In this document: positions 1 through 9,721 of the stretch, one piece after another | Numbering within the stretch: position 1 is the first letter of the stretch | Layout of the letters: each line of letters starts with the position of its first letter | Origin: a virus | Lineage: Duplodnaviria; Caudoviricetes | Length of the DNA: 64,000 nt | IMG/VR virus record: IMGVR_UViG_3300021960_000017 | Direction: 5' to 3' (one strand) | Position numbers and translations under genes: made by a program | Notes under the pieces: model-generated | The model's database searches: none | The model's input: only the letters and a program-made list of their open reading frames with translations | Told to the model about the DNA's origin: nothing

Positions 1-900
1 GCAACATCAAATGCAAGTGACCTTGGTATTGTTATGGAGCGTGGTTCAACTGGTGACAATGCGTTCATGGGTTGGGACGAAAGTACTGACAAGTTTATTG
101 TTGGTACAACCACAGCAACAGGTGCTTCAAGCGGTGACTTAACAATCAGTGCTGGTACACTTGTAGCAGCGACTTTTGAAGGTGCTCTAAGTGGTAACGC
201 CACAACAGCAAGTGCTTGGGCAACTGGTAGAACAATAACCCTAACAGGTGATGTTACTGGTACAAGTGGTGCATTTGATGGTTCAGGTAACTTGTCATTT
301 GCTACAACCATTGCTGCTAACTCAGTTGCTCTTGGTACTGATACTACAGGCAACTATGTTGCTACAGGTGCAGTAAGTGGTAACGGTTTAAGTGGTAGTG
401 CAAGTAGTGAAGGTGCAACATTTACTGTTACATCAAACGCTACTAACGCAAACACTGCTTCAACCATCGTGTTCCGCGATGGTAGTGGTAACTTTAGTGC
501 TGGTGTTATTAGTGCTACATCAACTGCTGCTAGATACGCTGACTTGGCAGAAAAATATGCTGCTGACGAAGATATCGAAGCAGGTACAGTTGTAATGTTC
601 GTAGGTGAAGGTAAAGTTGCAGCATGTGATGCAGACGCAAGTCGTGCAGTAGCAGGCATTGTTTCAACTGATCCAGCTTACCTAATGAACACTGCACAAG
701 ACGGTGTTGCACTTGCTCTTGCAGGACGTGTACCTTGTAAGGTAACAGGCCCTGTAGCAGCAGGCGACCTAATGGTTAGCGCAGGCAACGGTATGGCTCG
801 TGCAGAGGCAAACCCAGCAATAGGCACAGTAATAGGCAAAGCTATTGAGGCAAATGAAGGTGGCGAAGGTGTCATCGAAGTATTGGCATTAATGATGTAA
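1..900 (+). CDS. Tail fibre/spike-like protein, C-terminal part (5' truncated), ending in a peptidase G2/intramolecular-chaperone-like domain
   Basis: Frame 1 is open from base 1. Thr/Ser/Gly-rich. C-terminal ARYADLAEKY...GIVSTDPAYLMN...ALAGRVPCKV...GTVIGKA module typical of phage fibre C-termini. Paralog of 3711..5264. Confidence 0.75.
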   Translation, partial: ATSNASDLGIVMERGSTGDNAFMGWDESTDKFIVGTTTATGASSGDLTISAGTLVAATFEGALSGNATTASAWATGRTITLTGDVTGTSGAFDGSGNLSFATTIAANSVALGTDTTGNYVATGAVSGNGLSGSASSEGATFTVTSNATNANTASTIVFRDGSGNFSAGVISATSTAARYADLAEKYAADEDIEAGTVVMFVGEGKVAACDADASRAVAGIVSTDPAYLMNTAQDGVALALAGRVPCKVTGPVAAGDLMVSAGNGMARAEANPAIGTVIGKAIEANEGGEGVIEVLALMM

Positions 901-922
901 TAACAATTACAGGCTTACAGAG

Positions 923-954
923 AATAGGGAGGATTAGTCCTCCCTATTTTTTTT
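923..954 (+). terminator. Rho-independent terminator
   Basis: AATAGGGAGGA-ttag-TCCTCCCTATT followed by a T-tract, just after the stop at 900. Confidence 0.85.
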
Positions 955-956
955 GG

Positions 957-963
957 ATAAATA
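957..963 (+). promoter_or_regulatory. Late-promoter motif (A)TAAATA (representative copy)
   Basis: T4-late-like motif shortly upstream of late genes. Plus-strand copies also at 3683, 11254, 13046, 16402, 17124, 19838, 24462, 28124, 33373, 36869, 49226, 61187. Minus-strand copies at 9042, 12988, 48446. Confidence 0.75.
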
Positions 964-987
964 CAATATAAATTAGGATGTATCAGT

Positions 988-2163
988 ATGGCTTTCACTA
1001 GACCTAGAGCAGCACAAATTGACTTCGACGTTACCAATATATCAGACCCGCTACTTAGACTTAACAGTGGGCAAAGTGGTAGTGCAGACAAAGATGTAGG
1101 TATTGTTATTGAACGTGGCAGTGATACCAATGTTGCTTTAATTTATGATGAAAGTGCTGATGAGTTTGTACTAGTTAATACTACAGAAGATGGAACTACC
1201 AGCGGTAATGTAACTATTAGCAGTTATGCTGATTTACAAGTTGGAACAATTAACACAGCCACATTAGAAATAGGCGGCACTGCCGTAACATCAACAGCAA
1301 CTGAACTTAACTTGCTAGATGGAGTAACTGGAACACTAGTAACTGAAGCAGGCACACAAACACTAACAAACAAAACACTAACTAGCCCAACTATTAGTGA
1401 TCCAACATTAACTGGTACCTTTGCATTTACCTCAGACGCAACTTCAACACCTGCAATGACATTAACAGCCAACAGTATCAGTGACGGTGTAGGTACTTTG
1501 AGAATAAACGGCGCACAAGCAGATATATTCCTAAACCCTGCTACTGCTACACATACCACTGTAACTTTTGCAGTTAACGATGACCAGCGTCTTGCGTTTG
1601 GTATGGACAACAACAGTGATTTCTATATCACAAGAAGAACAAGTAGCACATGGTATGATGATACTTTTGTATTGGATAGAGATACCGGTTTACTTAGTTT
1701 AGGATATGGCGCAACTGTCGCAGGCGGTGATTTTACTATTAACGATGCAGATTATCAAATCATACACGGTGACACAGCTTACAACCAAAAACAATATGTG
1801 TTATATGGAACAACAACCAACGCTACAGAAACAGAAATATTTGTAGGCGGAACAGCAAGCAGTCGTATACCAGTTGCAAGTAATACAACAGTTTTCTATG
1901 AAGTAGATATTGTTGCAAGACGCACTGACGCTACTGGCGAAAGTGGTGGCTGGCATTTAAAAGCAGTAGCAGATAACTTTAGTGGTACAGTTGCAGACGT
2001 TGGGACTGTATATGAGGTCCAGGTAGCTACAGATGATGCAAACTATGCTGTGGATGCTAGAGCAGATAATACTAACGATTCTATTGGCATATATGTAACA
2101 GGCGTAGCAGCAAAAACAATTAGATGGACTGCAATAGTTAGAACTTTTGAGGTAGCACAATAA
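988..2163 (+). CDS. Tail fibre/virion structural protein
   Basis: 391 aa, Thr-rich. Shares the GIVIERGS..N...DES.D.F and TQTLTNKTLTSP motifs with neighbouring fibre genes. Late motif ATAAATA at 957-963. Confidence 0.7.
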   Translation: MAFTRPRAAQIDFDVTNISDPLLRLNSGQSGSADKDVGIVIERGSDTNVALIYDESADEFVLVNTTEDGTTSGNVTISSYADLQVGTINTATLEIGGTAVTSTATELNLLDGVTGTLVTEAGTQTLTNKTLTSPTISDPTLTGTFAFTSDATSTPAMTLTANSISDGVGTLRINGAQADIFLNPATATHTTVTFAVNDDQRLAFGMDNNSDFYITRRTSSTWYDDTFVLDRDTGLLSLGYGATVAGGDFTINDADYQIIHGDTAYNQKQYVLYGTTTNATETEIFVGGTASSRIPVASNTTVFYEVDIVARRTDATGESGGWHLKAVADNFSGTVADVGTVYEVQVATDDANYAVDARADNTNDSIGIYVTGVAAKTIRWTAIVRTFEVAQ

Positions 2164-3686
2164 TGGCAAGACGTAATAGAAGTTTTTTCTTTGATAATAA
2201 AACTGGTAAACTACAATCTGATGGTAAGACACTAATTGACACAACCAGTTCAGATAACATTGCACAGGTAAAAGGCTCAACAGCAGGTAATCCAGTTCAG
2301 TTATTAGCAGCAGGTGACGACACTAACATTGATATTAGAATCACACCAAAAGGAGCTGGTAATGTAGAAATTTTAGCTCCATTGGAAATATTGACCGGTA
2401 AGCGTATTATTGATAGTGCTGGCACTAATGTTGAATTTGGCGATGATATCCATATGAACAGTAACAAGATTACAAATCTTGGTACACCAAGTGCTTCTAC
2501 TGATGCTGCTACAAAAGGTTATGTTGACACTAACTACTTGCCACTTACAGGCGGTACAATTAGCAGCAATCTTACTGTCAGTGGAAACTTTACAGTCAGC
2601 GGCACAACTACAACAATTAACACAACTACACTTAGTGTTGCAGACAATCTTATTGATTTAAACAGTGATGTAACCAGCGGCACGCCTACTGAAAATGCTG
2701 GTATTAGAGTGTTGCGTGGTGATAGCAATGCTGTACAATTGCGTTGGAATGAAACATCTGATGTCTGGGAAATGACCACAGATGGTAGCACCTATCAAAC
2801 TATTGGCAGTTTAGCCAGCAGTGATACAGATGATCTTAGCGAAGGATCAACTAACCTGTACTATACAGATGCTAGAGTTAGAAGTGCTATCAGTGTAACA
2901 GATGCAGGCGGCGATGGTAGTCTTACTTACAATAGTTCAACTGGAGTTATAACCTATACAGGACCTGACGCACTGGCATTAGCAGGCGGTACTATGAGTG
3001 GTGCCATTGCAATGGGTACTAATAAAATTACTGACATGGGTGATCCTACTGCGGCGCAAGATGCTGCTACTAAGGCATATGTTGACAGTCAAGTAAGTAG
3101 TGTGCCAACAGGCGACATCACAAGCGTTACAGCAAGCACAGGGTTATCTGGCGGAGGAGACACAGGTGATGTTACACTTAGTATTGACAGTACAGTTGCT
3201 ACCCTTACTGGAACACAAACATTAACAAATAAAACCCTAACAAGTCCAGAAATTACTACAGACATTAGACTCAATGCACAAGCAGAATTAGAGTTTTATG
3301 ATAGTGATAGCAGTCATTATGTGTCGTTGAGAGCACCTGCTACAATATCAAGTAGTGTGACTTGGACATTGCCAAATACTGATGGTACAGAAGGACAAGT
3401 ACTTAGTACTAATGGTGCTGGTGTCTTTAGTTGGGCTGATGCTGGTTCTGGTGGTGGAAGCTCTGGCGCAAGTTATCCAAATTCAACATTTAGTACAGTG
3501 CCAGGAACTGATGGCAATTTTGACATGAGTTATAATGTTGCACAAACAACCCAAGAAACACCATTTGAAGCAAGCGGTACTGATGCCTTTGGTGTAAACT
3601 TGGGTAGTGTGTTTAGTTTAATGGATCCAGTTGGTAGTTTAGAAAGTATAGACTATGGTGATAGCGAGGCATATGTGGGCGCATAA
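2163..3686 (+). CDS. Tail fibre protein
   Basis: 507 aa with two N/K-KIT.(L/M)G.P....DAATK.YVD fibre repeats and TQTLTNKTLTSP. Start overlaps the upstream stop (TAATG). Confidence 0.75.
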   Translation: MARRNRSFFFDNKTGKLQSDGKTLIDTTSSDNIAQVKGSTAGNPVQLLAAGDDTNIDIRITPKGAGNVEILAPLEILTGKRIIDSAGTNVEFGDDIHMNSNKITNLGTPSASTDAATKGYVDTNYLPLTGGTISSNLTVSGNFTVSGTTTTINTTTLSVADNLIDLNSDVTSGTPTENAGIRVLRGDSNAVQLRWNETSDVWEMTTDGSTYQTIGSLASSDTDDLSEGSTNLYYTDARVRSAISVTDAGGDGSLTYNSSTGVITYTGPDALALAGGTMSGAIAMGTNKITDMGDPTAAQDAATKAYVDSQVSSVPTGDITSVTASTGLSGGGDTGDVTLSIDSTVATLTGTQTLTNKTLTSPEITTDIRLNAQAELEFYDSDSSHYVSLRAPATISSSVTWTLPNTDGTEGQVLSTNGAGVFSWADAGSGGGSSGASYPNSTFSTVPGTDGNFDMSYNVAQTTQETPFEASGTDAFGVNLGSVFSLMDPVGSLESIDYGDSEAYVGA

Positions 3687-3710
3687 ATAGTAGGTTAACA
3701 GGAGTTTAAG

Positions 3711-5264
3711 ATGCCAACAACAGTACAATTTAGACGAGGAAATACTTCCCAAAACGATTCCTTTACAGGCGCGGCTGGTGAACTTAGTATTGATACAACT
3801 TTAAATACTATCAGAGTTCATGATAATAGTACTGCTGGTGGGTACGAACTCACAATGAATAGTGCTACTCAAACTCTTACAAATAAGACTCTTACAAGTC
3901 CAGTAATTAGTAGTATCAGTAATACGGGCACACTTACATTACCAACCTCAACAGACACATTAGTTGGTAGAGCAACAACTGATACATTAACAAACAAAAC
4001 ACTTACTTCTCCAGTTATTAGCAGTATCAGTAATACTGGTACACTTACATTACCAACCTCAACAGACACATTAGTTGGTAGAGCAACAACTGATACATTA
4101 ACAAACAAGACTCTTGCGAGTCCAACAATTACTGGTACTGCTACTGTAGCGTCAATGACCATTAGTGGTGATTTAACAGTTAGTGGTACTACTGTTACCA
4201 ACAACGCAACAAACCTAGTAGTTAATGACGCTCTAATTGAACTTAACCATAGTTTAACTGGTGCTAATACAAATGACTTAGGTCTTGTCCTAGAGCGTGG
4301 TTCAACAGGCGATAACGCATTTATTGGTTGGGATGAGAGTGCAGACAAATTCATAGTAGGCACTACCACAGCAACAGGTGCTAGTACTGGTGACTTAACA
4401 ATTACAAGTGGTACACTTGTAGCAGCGACTTTTGAAGGCGCTCTAAGTGGTAATGCAAGTACAGCAAGTGCTTGGGCTACAGGCAGAACAATTTCATTAA
4501 CAGGTGACGTTACAGGTACTAGTGGCTCATTTGACGGCAGTGGCAACTTATCATTTGCTACAGACATTGCTGCTAGTGGCGTAAGTGCAGGGTCCTATGG
4601 TAGTGCAACTGCTATCCCTGTAATTACTATTGCAGCAGATGGTCGTATTACTAGTGCGTCAACTAGTGGTATTACGGTAGGCAACGGCACACTCACAATG
4701 AATGTAAGTGGTACAGGCCTTAGCGGTAGTCAAACATTTACTGCTAACCAATCAGGAAACGCTACTTTCACAGTAACAAGTAATGCTACAAGTGCAAATA
4801 CAGCAAGCACTATTGTTGCTCGCGATGCTAGTGGTAACTTTACTGCTGGAGTTATTACTGCTACAGCAACCGCTGCTAGATACGCTGACTTGGCGGAACG
4901 ATATGCGGCAGATGCAGAATATGAACCTGGCACAATAGTATGCTTGGGAGGTGAAGCAGAAGTTACGCAATCCACTAAAGCATTAGACAAAAAAGTAATT
5001 GGTATTGTGTCTACTGATCCAGCATATTTAATGAATAAAGATCTAGAAAACAGTGTTGCAGTAGCTCTAACTGGCCGTGTTCCATGTAAAGTAATTGGTG
5101 CAGTAGCAAAAGGTGATATGCTAGTATCAAGTGCTACCCCAGGACATGCAATGGCCTGGCATGAAGAAGGTGATCCACCCTATGGTAGCGTAATTGGCAA
5201 ATCTATAGAAAACAAAGATTCATCTGCTGCGGGCGTAATTGAAGTTGCTGTTGGCATAAAATAA
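3711..5264 (+). CDS. Tail fibre protein with Mtd_N-like N-terminus and peptidase G2/chaperone-like C-terminus
   Basis: MPTTVQFRRG...FTGAAGELSIDT N-terminus resembles the major-tropism-determinant/hyaluronidase N-terminal module. Carries a 37-aa tandem repeat and a C-terminal ARYADLAERY...GRVPCKV module. Confidence 0.75.
   Translation: MPTTVQFRRGNTSQNDSFTGAAGELSIDTTLNTIRVHDNSTAGGYELTMNSATQTLTNKTLTSPVISSISNTGTLTLPTSTDTLVGRATTDTLTNKTLTSPVISSISNTGTLTLPTSTDTLVGRATTDTLTNKTLASPTITGTATVASMTISGDLTVSGTTVTNNATNLVVNDALIELNHSLTGANTNDLGLVLERGSTGDNAFIGWDESADKFIVGTTTATGASTGDLTITSGTLVAATFEGALSGNASTASAWATGRTISLTGDVTGTSGSFDGSGNLSFATDIAASGVSAGSYGSATAIPVITIAADGRITSASTSGITVGNGTLTMNVSGTGLSGSQTFTANQSGNATFTVTSNATSANTASTIVARDASGNFTAGVITATATAARYADLAERYAADAEYEPGTIVCLGGEAEVTQSTKALDKKVIGIVSTDPAYLMNKDLENSVAVALTGRVPCKVIGAVAKGDMLVSSATPGHAMAWHEEGDPPYGSVIGKSIENKDSSAAGVIEVAVGIK
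3874..4108 (+). repeat. 111-bp (37-codon) tandem duplication inside the fibre gene
   Basis: TLTNKTLTSPVISSISNTGTLTLPTSTDTLVGRATTD occurs twice. 68 nt are identical between 3930-3997 and 4041-4108. Confidence 0.9.
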
Positions 5265-6028
5265 TGTACAAATTTTATACTAGTGAATACGAGGGCGAAA
5301 CAGTTTCGGATTCAGTTCACTGGCGTGACGGAAATAAAGATAGCAATGGTGTCTGGATTCCGAAAACTATTATTAATGAAGGGCACACCGATGTTGCTCA
5401 TGTTATAGGCAATGGTCCGAGTAGACTTAAACACAAACTTGAGTTTTTGCACGGCCAAGTAGGTGGTGAAGGTGGTCCACACAGTGTAGGCCAAAGTTAT
5501 GGTTGCAATCAGTTGTTCCAGGACTTTAATCCTACATTCTTATTTTGCGTAAATCCTGAAATATTACAGTGGATAGTGGATTCCAACTACTGTGAAGACA
5601 ATATTGTTTACACTACTAGAAAAAATCTAATTAAATTTCCAGGTAAATTTCATCTTTATCCTCACTATGAACCCTTGTTTATGGGTCCTGCCGCTCTAAG
5701 ACTAGCCTGTGCTGATGGTCATAAAAAGATTTTTATGATTGGCTGTGACTTTTATGCGCCAAATACCAAATCACATATCTATCCTGCAACTGCTCATTCC
5801 TATCTAGAAATGCAAGATACTACAAAATTAAGAGAAAAACTTATACGGCAGTTTATTAATGTTATGGAATTATATGATGATGTTGAATTTTATCATGTTA
5901 TATCTGAACAAGTGAACGACCCGCATCATTCAATAGAAGAGTTTAACTGGTTAGATAATGTTAAATGTGTTGGATCTTTGCAGTATATTAATATGGCTGG
6001 ACTAGGCGCCGTTCACCGCACCAAATAA
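5264..6028 (+). CDS. CstII (GT42)/Maf/DUF115-like glycosyltransferase
   Basis: VIGNGPS, SYGCNQLF, LFCVNP and GHKKIFMIGCDFY parallel the remembered Campylobacter CstII motifs IIAGNGPS, VFRCNQFY, VFYNP and GYKEIYLSGIDFY. Confidence 0.6.
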   Translation: MYKFYTSEYEGETVSDSVHWRDGNKDSNGVWIPKTIINEGHTDVAHVIGNGPSRLKHKLEFLHGQVGGEGGPHSVGQSYGCNQLFQDFNPTFLFCVNPEILQWIVDSNYCEDNIVYTTRKNLIKFPGKFHLYPHYEPLFMGPAALRLACADGHKKIFMIGCDFYAPNTKSHIYPATAHSYLEMQDTTKLREKLIRQFINVMELYDDVEFYHVISEQVNDPHHSIEEFNWLDNVKCVGSLQYINMAGLGAVHRTK

Positions 6029-6451
6029 GTCAGTAATAGTTGCTATTTTTTTCTTTATTTCTTCTGCTTGAATTGTATTAAATACGCCAGGATGTAATGG
6101 TTTAGGCCATCCTTCTATAGTTGTCCAAGCATAACCCTTGTGTTCAGTATTAAGTACAGGAATAAATTCTTCATCTACTATACTAACAAATGTATGATAC
6201 TCGAAACCTTTTTTGTCATTAGTAAACTTTTCTATTGGAATAATTTTTATTGTAGGCCTTACATTACCAGTTTCTTCTAATGTCTCTCTTTTTAGAGCCT
6301 CAAGTATACTTTCTTTTGCCTCTACTTTACCACCTACAAACGCCCAGGTGTTTTCAAAAGTAGTTTCACTTCTTAATAAAAATAGAAATCTTTTTGTCGA
6401 TTTAGCAAAGAATACAGTGCCTACACTTTGCTTTAAATTACCAGTGTCCAT
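6002..6451 (-). CDS. NUDIX hydrolase
   Basis: Nudix box GGKVEAKESILEALKRETLEETG. Confidence 0.9.
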   Translation of the reverse strand: MDTGNLKQSVGTVFFAKSTKRFLFLLRSETTFENTWAFVGGKVEAKESILEALKRETLEETGNVRPTIKIIPIEKFTNDKKGFEYHTFVSIVDEEFIPVLNTEHKGYAWTTIEGWPKPLHPGVFNTIQAEEIKKKIATITDLFGAVNGA

Positions 6452-7833
6452 TCTCCGGCCTTGTATTCACCTTCATAACTCTTAACCCAGGTATCACCAG
6501 TCCATTTGTACTGTATGCCTGTATTGGTATTTGTCATATAGTGTACACCCGTTTCAGTGCTGCTGTCAAATACTACATTCCAACGAATTCCGTCATATTG
6601 TATAATATCATTTGCTCCAGCAATAAAATCATTACCACTTGAATCTTTCCATGCATCTGCACCGTCTGTATTGCTAGTGTCACCTATACCTTTTAATATA
6701 AGATATCTTTGACCATTAGCAGCACTGGCTAAGCCAGCGCCTGGTCCTACTCTAAGCGGATTAATAATTTTTAACACAGGATTTAGATCATTTGTTGGTA
6801 TGGTATCAGCATCTACTGTAAACAATAACTTTGTATCGTCACTAGGGTGATGTGCAACTGTACCTATTATCTCGCCCGTACCAAAATCTATGCGTATTTG
6901 ACTTATGCCAGCCTGTAATTCACCATATTGATTGATTACAGATCGCCAAGTTATATCGTCTGCTCCAACCTTTGCTGGAGGATCGTCGAGTATACTTCCG
7001 TCTACTTTGTTTGTTACAGTTTCCTGTCTTTCTAAGATAGTAATTGTATTTCCTAATAACAGTATACCAAAGTTCATTGGTGTAAACTTCATTCTAGTAC
7101 CCAATAGTATGTCTCTGTCAATTACACCATCACTAATACTGCCTGATTCGTCGTATATACTAGCAATAATTTTTTGTACAACACCAAGTTTTTTAACTTT
7201 GGCTGGCGGTGAAAGCCATATAGGAACCCTAAATTGTAGTGTAGCAATATCAATTTGTTCATCCACGCCAACTGGTACTGCTCTACTTGACCAGGTAGTT
7301 TGCTCAAGTTCAATATAACTTAAACTTCCCCAATCCAAATAATTGTCTGTACTTTGTATTTCTAGTGCTGGATTAAACAATACTAGTATCTGTTCTAGTA
7401 ATTGTAACTTTTGGTTTGTATTACTTGTCCAGATATCTGTAGTCATTGTAAGGTTATAAGGGACAGGCATATGACGTTCTACACTAAATGCATTGCCTTG
7501 TTGTGTAGTATACTCGCCTGTATTTGTGTCATACTTACGCATTCTTATATGGCGTTTATCTATGAAAGTAGGTTCCTGTCTGCGATCTGCACTGTATTCC
7601 ATACCACTAACATAACAACTAATCATAGGACTTGGATTAATTTTATTTTCACTTCCATCTCTTATAAGGCTACTAACTATTCTAGTTGCGTCGCCATACC
7701 TAACTGGCACTGTTACTAGCGTAATATTTCCGTCACGGTCCTTGCCATATTCAACTTGGAAATTACTAAATGCTCTAATAAACTGTAGTAAGAAGCGTCT
7801 AATCTGCTGGTCATAAAAAAATTGCTGTGGCAT
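6433..7833 (-). CDS. gp15: Tail terminator/sheath stabiliser (T4 gp15-like) with C-terminal extension
   Basis: N-terminus FFYDQQIRRFLLQFIRAFSNFQV...VPVRYGD resembles gp15. Contains LQLLEQILVLFNP. Adjacent to the neck genes. Confidence 0.7.
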   Translation of the reverse strand: MPQQFFYDQQIRRFLLQFIRAFSNFQVEYGKDRDGNITLVTVPVRYGDATRIVSSLIRDGSENKINPSPMISCYVSGMEYSADRRQEPTFIDKRHIRMRKYDTNTGEYTTQQGNAFSVERHMPVPYNLTMTTDIWTSNTNQKLQLLEQILVLFNPALEIQSTDNYLDWGSLSYIELEQTTWSSRAVPVGVDEQIDIATLQFRVPIWLSPPAKVKKLGVVQKIIASIYDESGSISDGVIDRDILLGTRMKFTPMNFGILLLGNTITILERQETVTNKVDGSILDDPPAKVGADDITWRSVINQYGELQAGISQIRIDFGTGEIIGTVAHHPSDDTKLLFTVDADTIPTNDLNPVLKIINPLRVGPGAGLASAANGQRYLILKGIGDTSNTDGADAWKDSSGNDFIAGANDIIQYDGIRWNVVFDSSTETGVHYMTNTNTGIQYKWTGDTWVKSYEGEYKAGEWTLVI

Positions 7834-9020
7834 TAGTCGTCTTCCCTAGCACTAAGTATCTCACTTAATCCAACTCGTTGTGGTATAACAACATTGTCGT
7901 CTCTAGTTGTTGTTGCTGTATTATTGATAAATGTATCTATCTGACGCTGCCCAGTGCCTGGAGTTAATTGTGTTCTTACACTATCTTCTACTTTTACCCA
8001 GCGTCTACCATCAAATCTAAAAAGTCTATTAGGCAAGAAGTCCAATCTCAATACATAATCTCCTTCTACTGCGGTACTTGGGAAACTGGTACCCATTGTT
8101 ACACTCTCACCATTAGGAGCAATGCCATCACCAACCAAATATCCACTATATGCATTTGCATTTTTTGGACTAATTCTAGTGCTATCGGATGATACAAGAT
8201 TGCTGTCAGTAGTAATGCCAGTAACATCTGCTGTATATCCTTTAGGTTCAAGTGGTTTTCCAGTTTCGTCAGTGGGTACAACATAGTATCTACTAGTATC
8301 GTAACCGCTTTTGGGAACTTCCGCTTCTGCCTGTTCAACAACCTTATTTGTAATTTCAAGCTCTTTCTGATAAGTGCTTAATAAGTCACGAAGTGTTTTG
8401 TCTGTACTTTCGCCTGTGTTCTCATCAATCTGTATTTTGTTTAGTATGTCATTGTATTCTTGACTGTCTACTAGGGGACCACATTTTACACGCCAGAGAT
8501 GTGGCCACCAAGTTGGTGAATATCCTTCTGTAGGTCTTGTACCTTCCTGAACAACATAATACCTTTTTAGTGCTACTTCTAAACTAGTATCTAGACTATT
8601 ATAGTCCTTGAGGTGTGGTAATTCCAACACATCACCTGCCATTAGCCTGCGTCCTAGAATACGATCCATATCCTGCAGATGGAATGTTATAAACAGTGTG
8701 TCATTCTGCAAAAACAAACCAAACTGACTCAAATCAAAGTCTGTATCTGCTACATTGTATATGCCTCTTAGGCTATAAATGTCTTGCTCATATTTGCGAT
8801 CTCTGTTTTCTAAAAACAACAAATCCTGTATAGCAAGCGGATCGTTTTCAGTCACACTGGGTTGTGTGGCATCTTTTGTGTTACCTTGATCTAAAATACC
8901 AAGATATTTGTGTACATGAATTCCTGTGCCGCCTACAGTAAACATCTCTCTAATGTTGCGATCAAAGAATTTGAAATCTGAGGTGTGTGCACCCTCTTTC
9001 CACATGCTTATACGAGGCAT
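7833..9020 (-). CDS. gp14: Neck/head-closure protein (T4 gp14-like)
   Basis: QDLLFLENRDRKY...FDLSQFGLFLQNDTLFITFH and GDVLELPHL motifs. Position next to the gp15-like gene. Minus-strand TAAATA at 9042-9047. Confidence 0.65.
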   Translation of the reverse strand: MPRISMWKEGAHTSDFKFFDRNIREMFTVGGTGIHVHKYLGILDQGNTKDATQPSVTENDPLAIQDLLFLENRDRKYEQDIYSLRGIYNVADTDFDLSQFGLFLQNDTLFITFHLQDMDRILGRRLMAGDVLELPHLKDYNSLDTSLEVALKRYYVVQEGTRPTEGYSPTWWPHLWRVKCGPLVDSQEYNDILNKIQIDENTGESTDKTLRDLLSTYQKELEITNKVVEQAEAEVPKSGYDTSRYYVVPTDETGKPLEPKGYTADVTGITTDSNLVSSDSTRISPKNANAYSGYLVGDGIAPNGESVTMGTSFPSTAVEGDYVLRLDFLPNRLFRFDGRRWVKVEDSVRTQLTPGTGQRQIDTFINNTATTTRDDNVVIPQRVGLSEILSAREDD

Positions 9021-9058
9021 AGAAAACTCCTACAGTTATAGTATTTAGTTGTTTTTCT

Positions 9059-9100
9059 GGTTGACTGTCTGGGTATCTGTGTTATTATAGATATAGTTAA
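9059..9100 (+). promoter_or_regulatory. Early sigma70-type promoter (TTGACT-16-TATTAT, TGn extension, ATAGTTAA)
   Basis: Same architecture recurs at 9663, 51450, 51706, 52189 and on the minus strand at 51371-51428. Confidence 0.8.
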
Positions 9101-9117
9101 AGAAAACAGAGAGAGCA

Positions 9118-9315
9118 ATGACAATGACATACGAAGATGGTGTAATTGCTGCTACAACAGAAATTGCAAAATATGGTGTAGACTTGGAATTGCTCAACGA
9201 TTATGTTGCTAACCCAGAGCACTTCTTCCATAAGATTCCAGGCACTATTGTTGGTGACTTCCCCAACTTTACCAAAGGTTACATGGAAACAATGCTCAAA
9301 GCAAAGTCTGCGTAA
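9118..9315 (+). CDS. Small early hypothetical protein
   Basis: 65 aa, directly after an early promoter and an AGAGAGAGC RBS. Confidence 0.7.
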   Translation: MTMTYEDGVIAATTEIAKYGVDLELLNDYVANPEHFFHKIPGTIVGDFPNFTKGYMETMLKAKSA

Positions 9316-9506
9316 TGGCTCATTCTAGCGAAATAGTGAATACAAAAGGACACCCATTTGTGGGTGTGCAATGGCCTGTAATAGGCAGCAAGGGTGATGT
9401 CTACACTGTCATAATGTTTGATGGTGGATTTCATTGCAACTGTGTTGCACGGACCAAATGCAAACACATTAAGAGTGTAGAAGCGAGGTTTGAAGATGGG
9501 CGGTGA
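9315..9506 (+). CDS. SWIM zinc-finger protein
   Basis: FHCNCVARTKCKHI fits the CxCxnCxH SWIM pattern. Confidence 0.7.
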   Translation: MAHSSEIVNTKGHPFVGVQWPVIGSKGDVYTVIMFDGGFHCNCVARTKCKHIKSVEARFEDGR

Positions 9507-9660
9507 TTTTAGTTTAGCCTGGGATGCTATACAAATACTGGCTGTTATTGGTGTTAGCATAGGTGTTGTTTTAGCAGTTATAGGTGGTGCATTTAGATTG
9601 GGTTGGAAATATGCCCCATATGTATGCGCTGTTGCATTATTAATTTGGTTCTTTGCATAA
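9496..9660 (+). CDS. Small membrane protein (54 aa; absent from the ORF track)
   Basis: Translated by hand: MGGDFSLAWDAIQILAVIGVSIGVVLAVIGGAFRLGWKYAPYVCAVALLIWFFA*, two hydrophobic segments. Confidence 0.65.
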   Translation: MGGDFSLAWDAIQILAVIGVSIGVVLAVIGGAFRLGWKYAPYVCAVALLIWFFA

Positions 9661-9662
9661 TC

Positions 9663-9704
9663 GGTTGACAATCTGTATATTTGTGTTATCTTATGTATAG
9701 TTAA
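9663..9704 (+). promoter_or_regulatory. Early sigma70-type promoter (TTGACA-16-TATCTT)
   Basis: GGTTGACA...TGTGTTATCTT...ATAGTTAA, member of the repeated motif family. Confidence 0.75.
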
Positions 9705-9721
9705 ACAACAAGGACCAAGCG

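Noticed and set aside
32-4900. Diversity-generating retroelement (TR/VR pair) suggested by the Mtd_N-like fibre and duplicated blocks
   Set aside because: Differences between the copies include many C/T and G/T synonymous changes instead of adenine-only changes, both copies are coding, and no reverse transcriptase is visible in the window.
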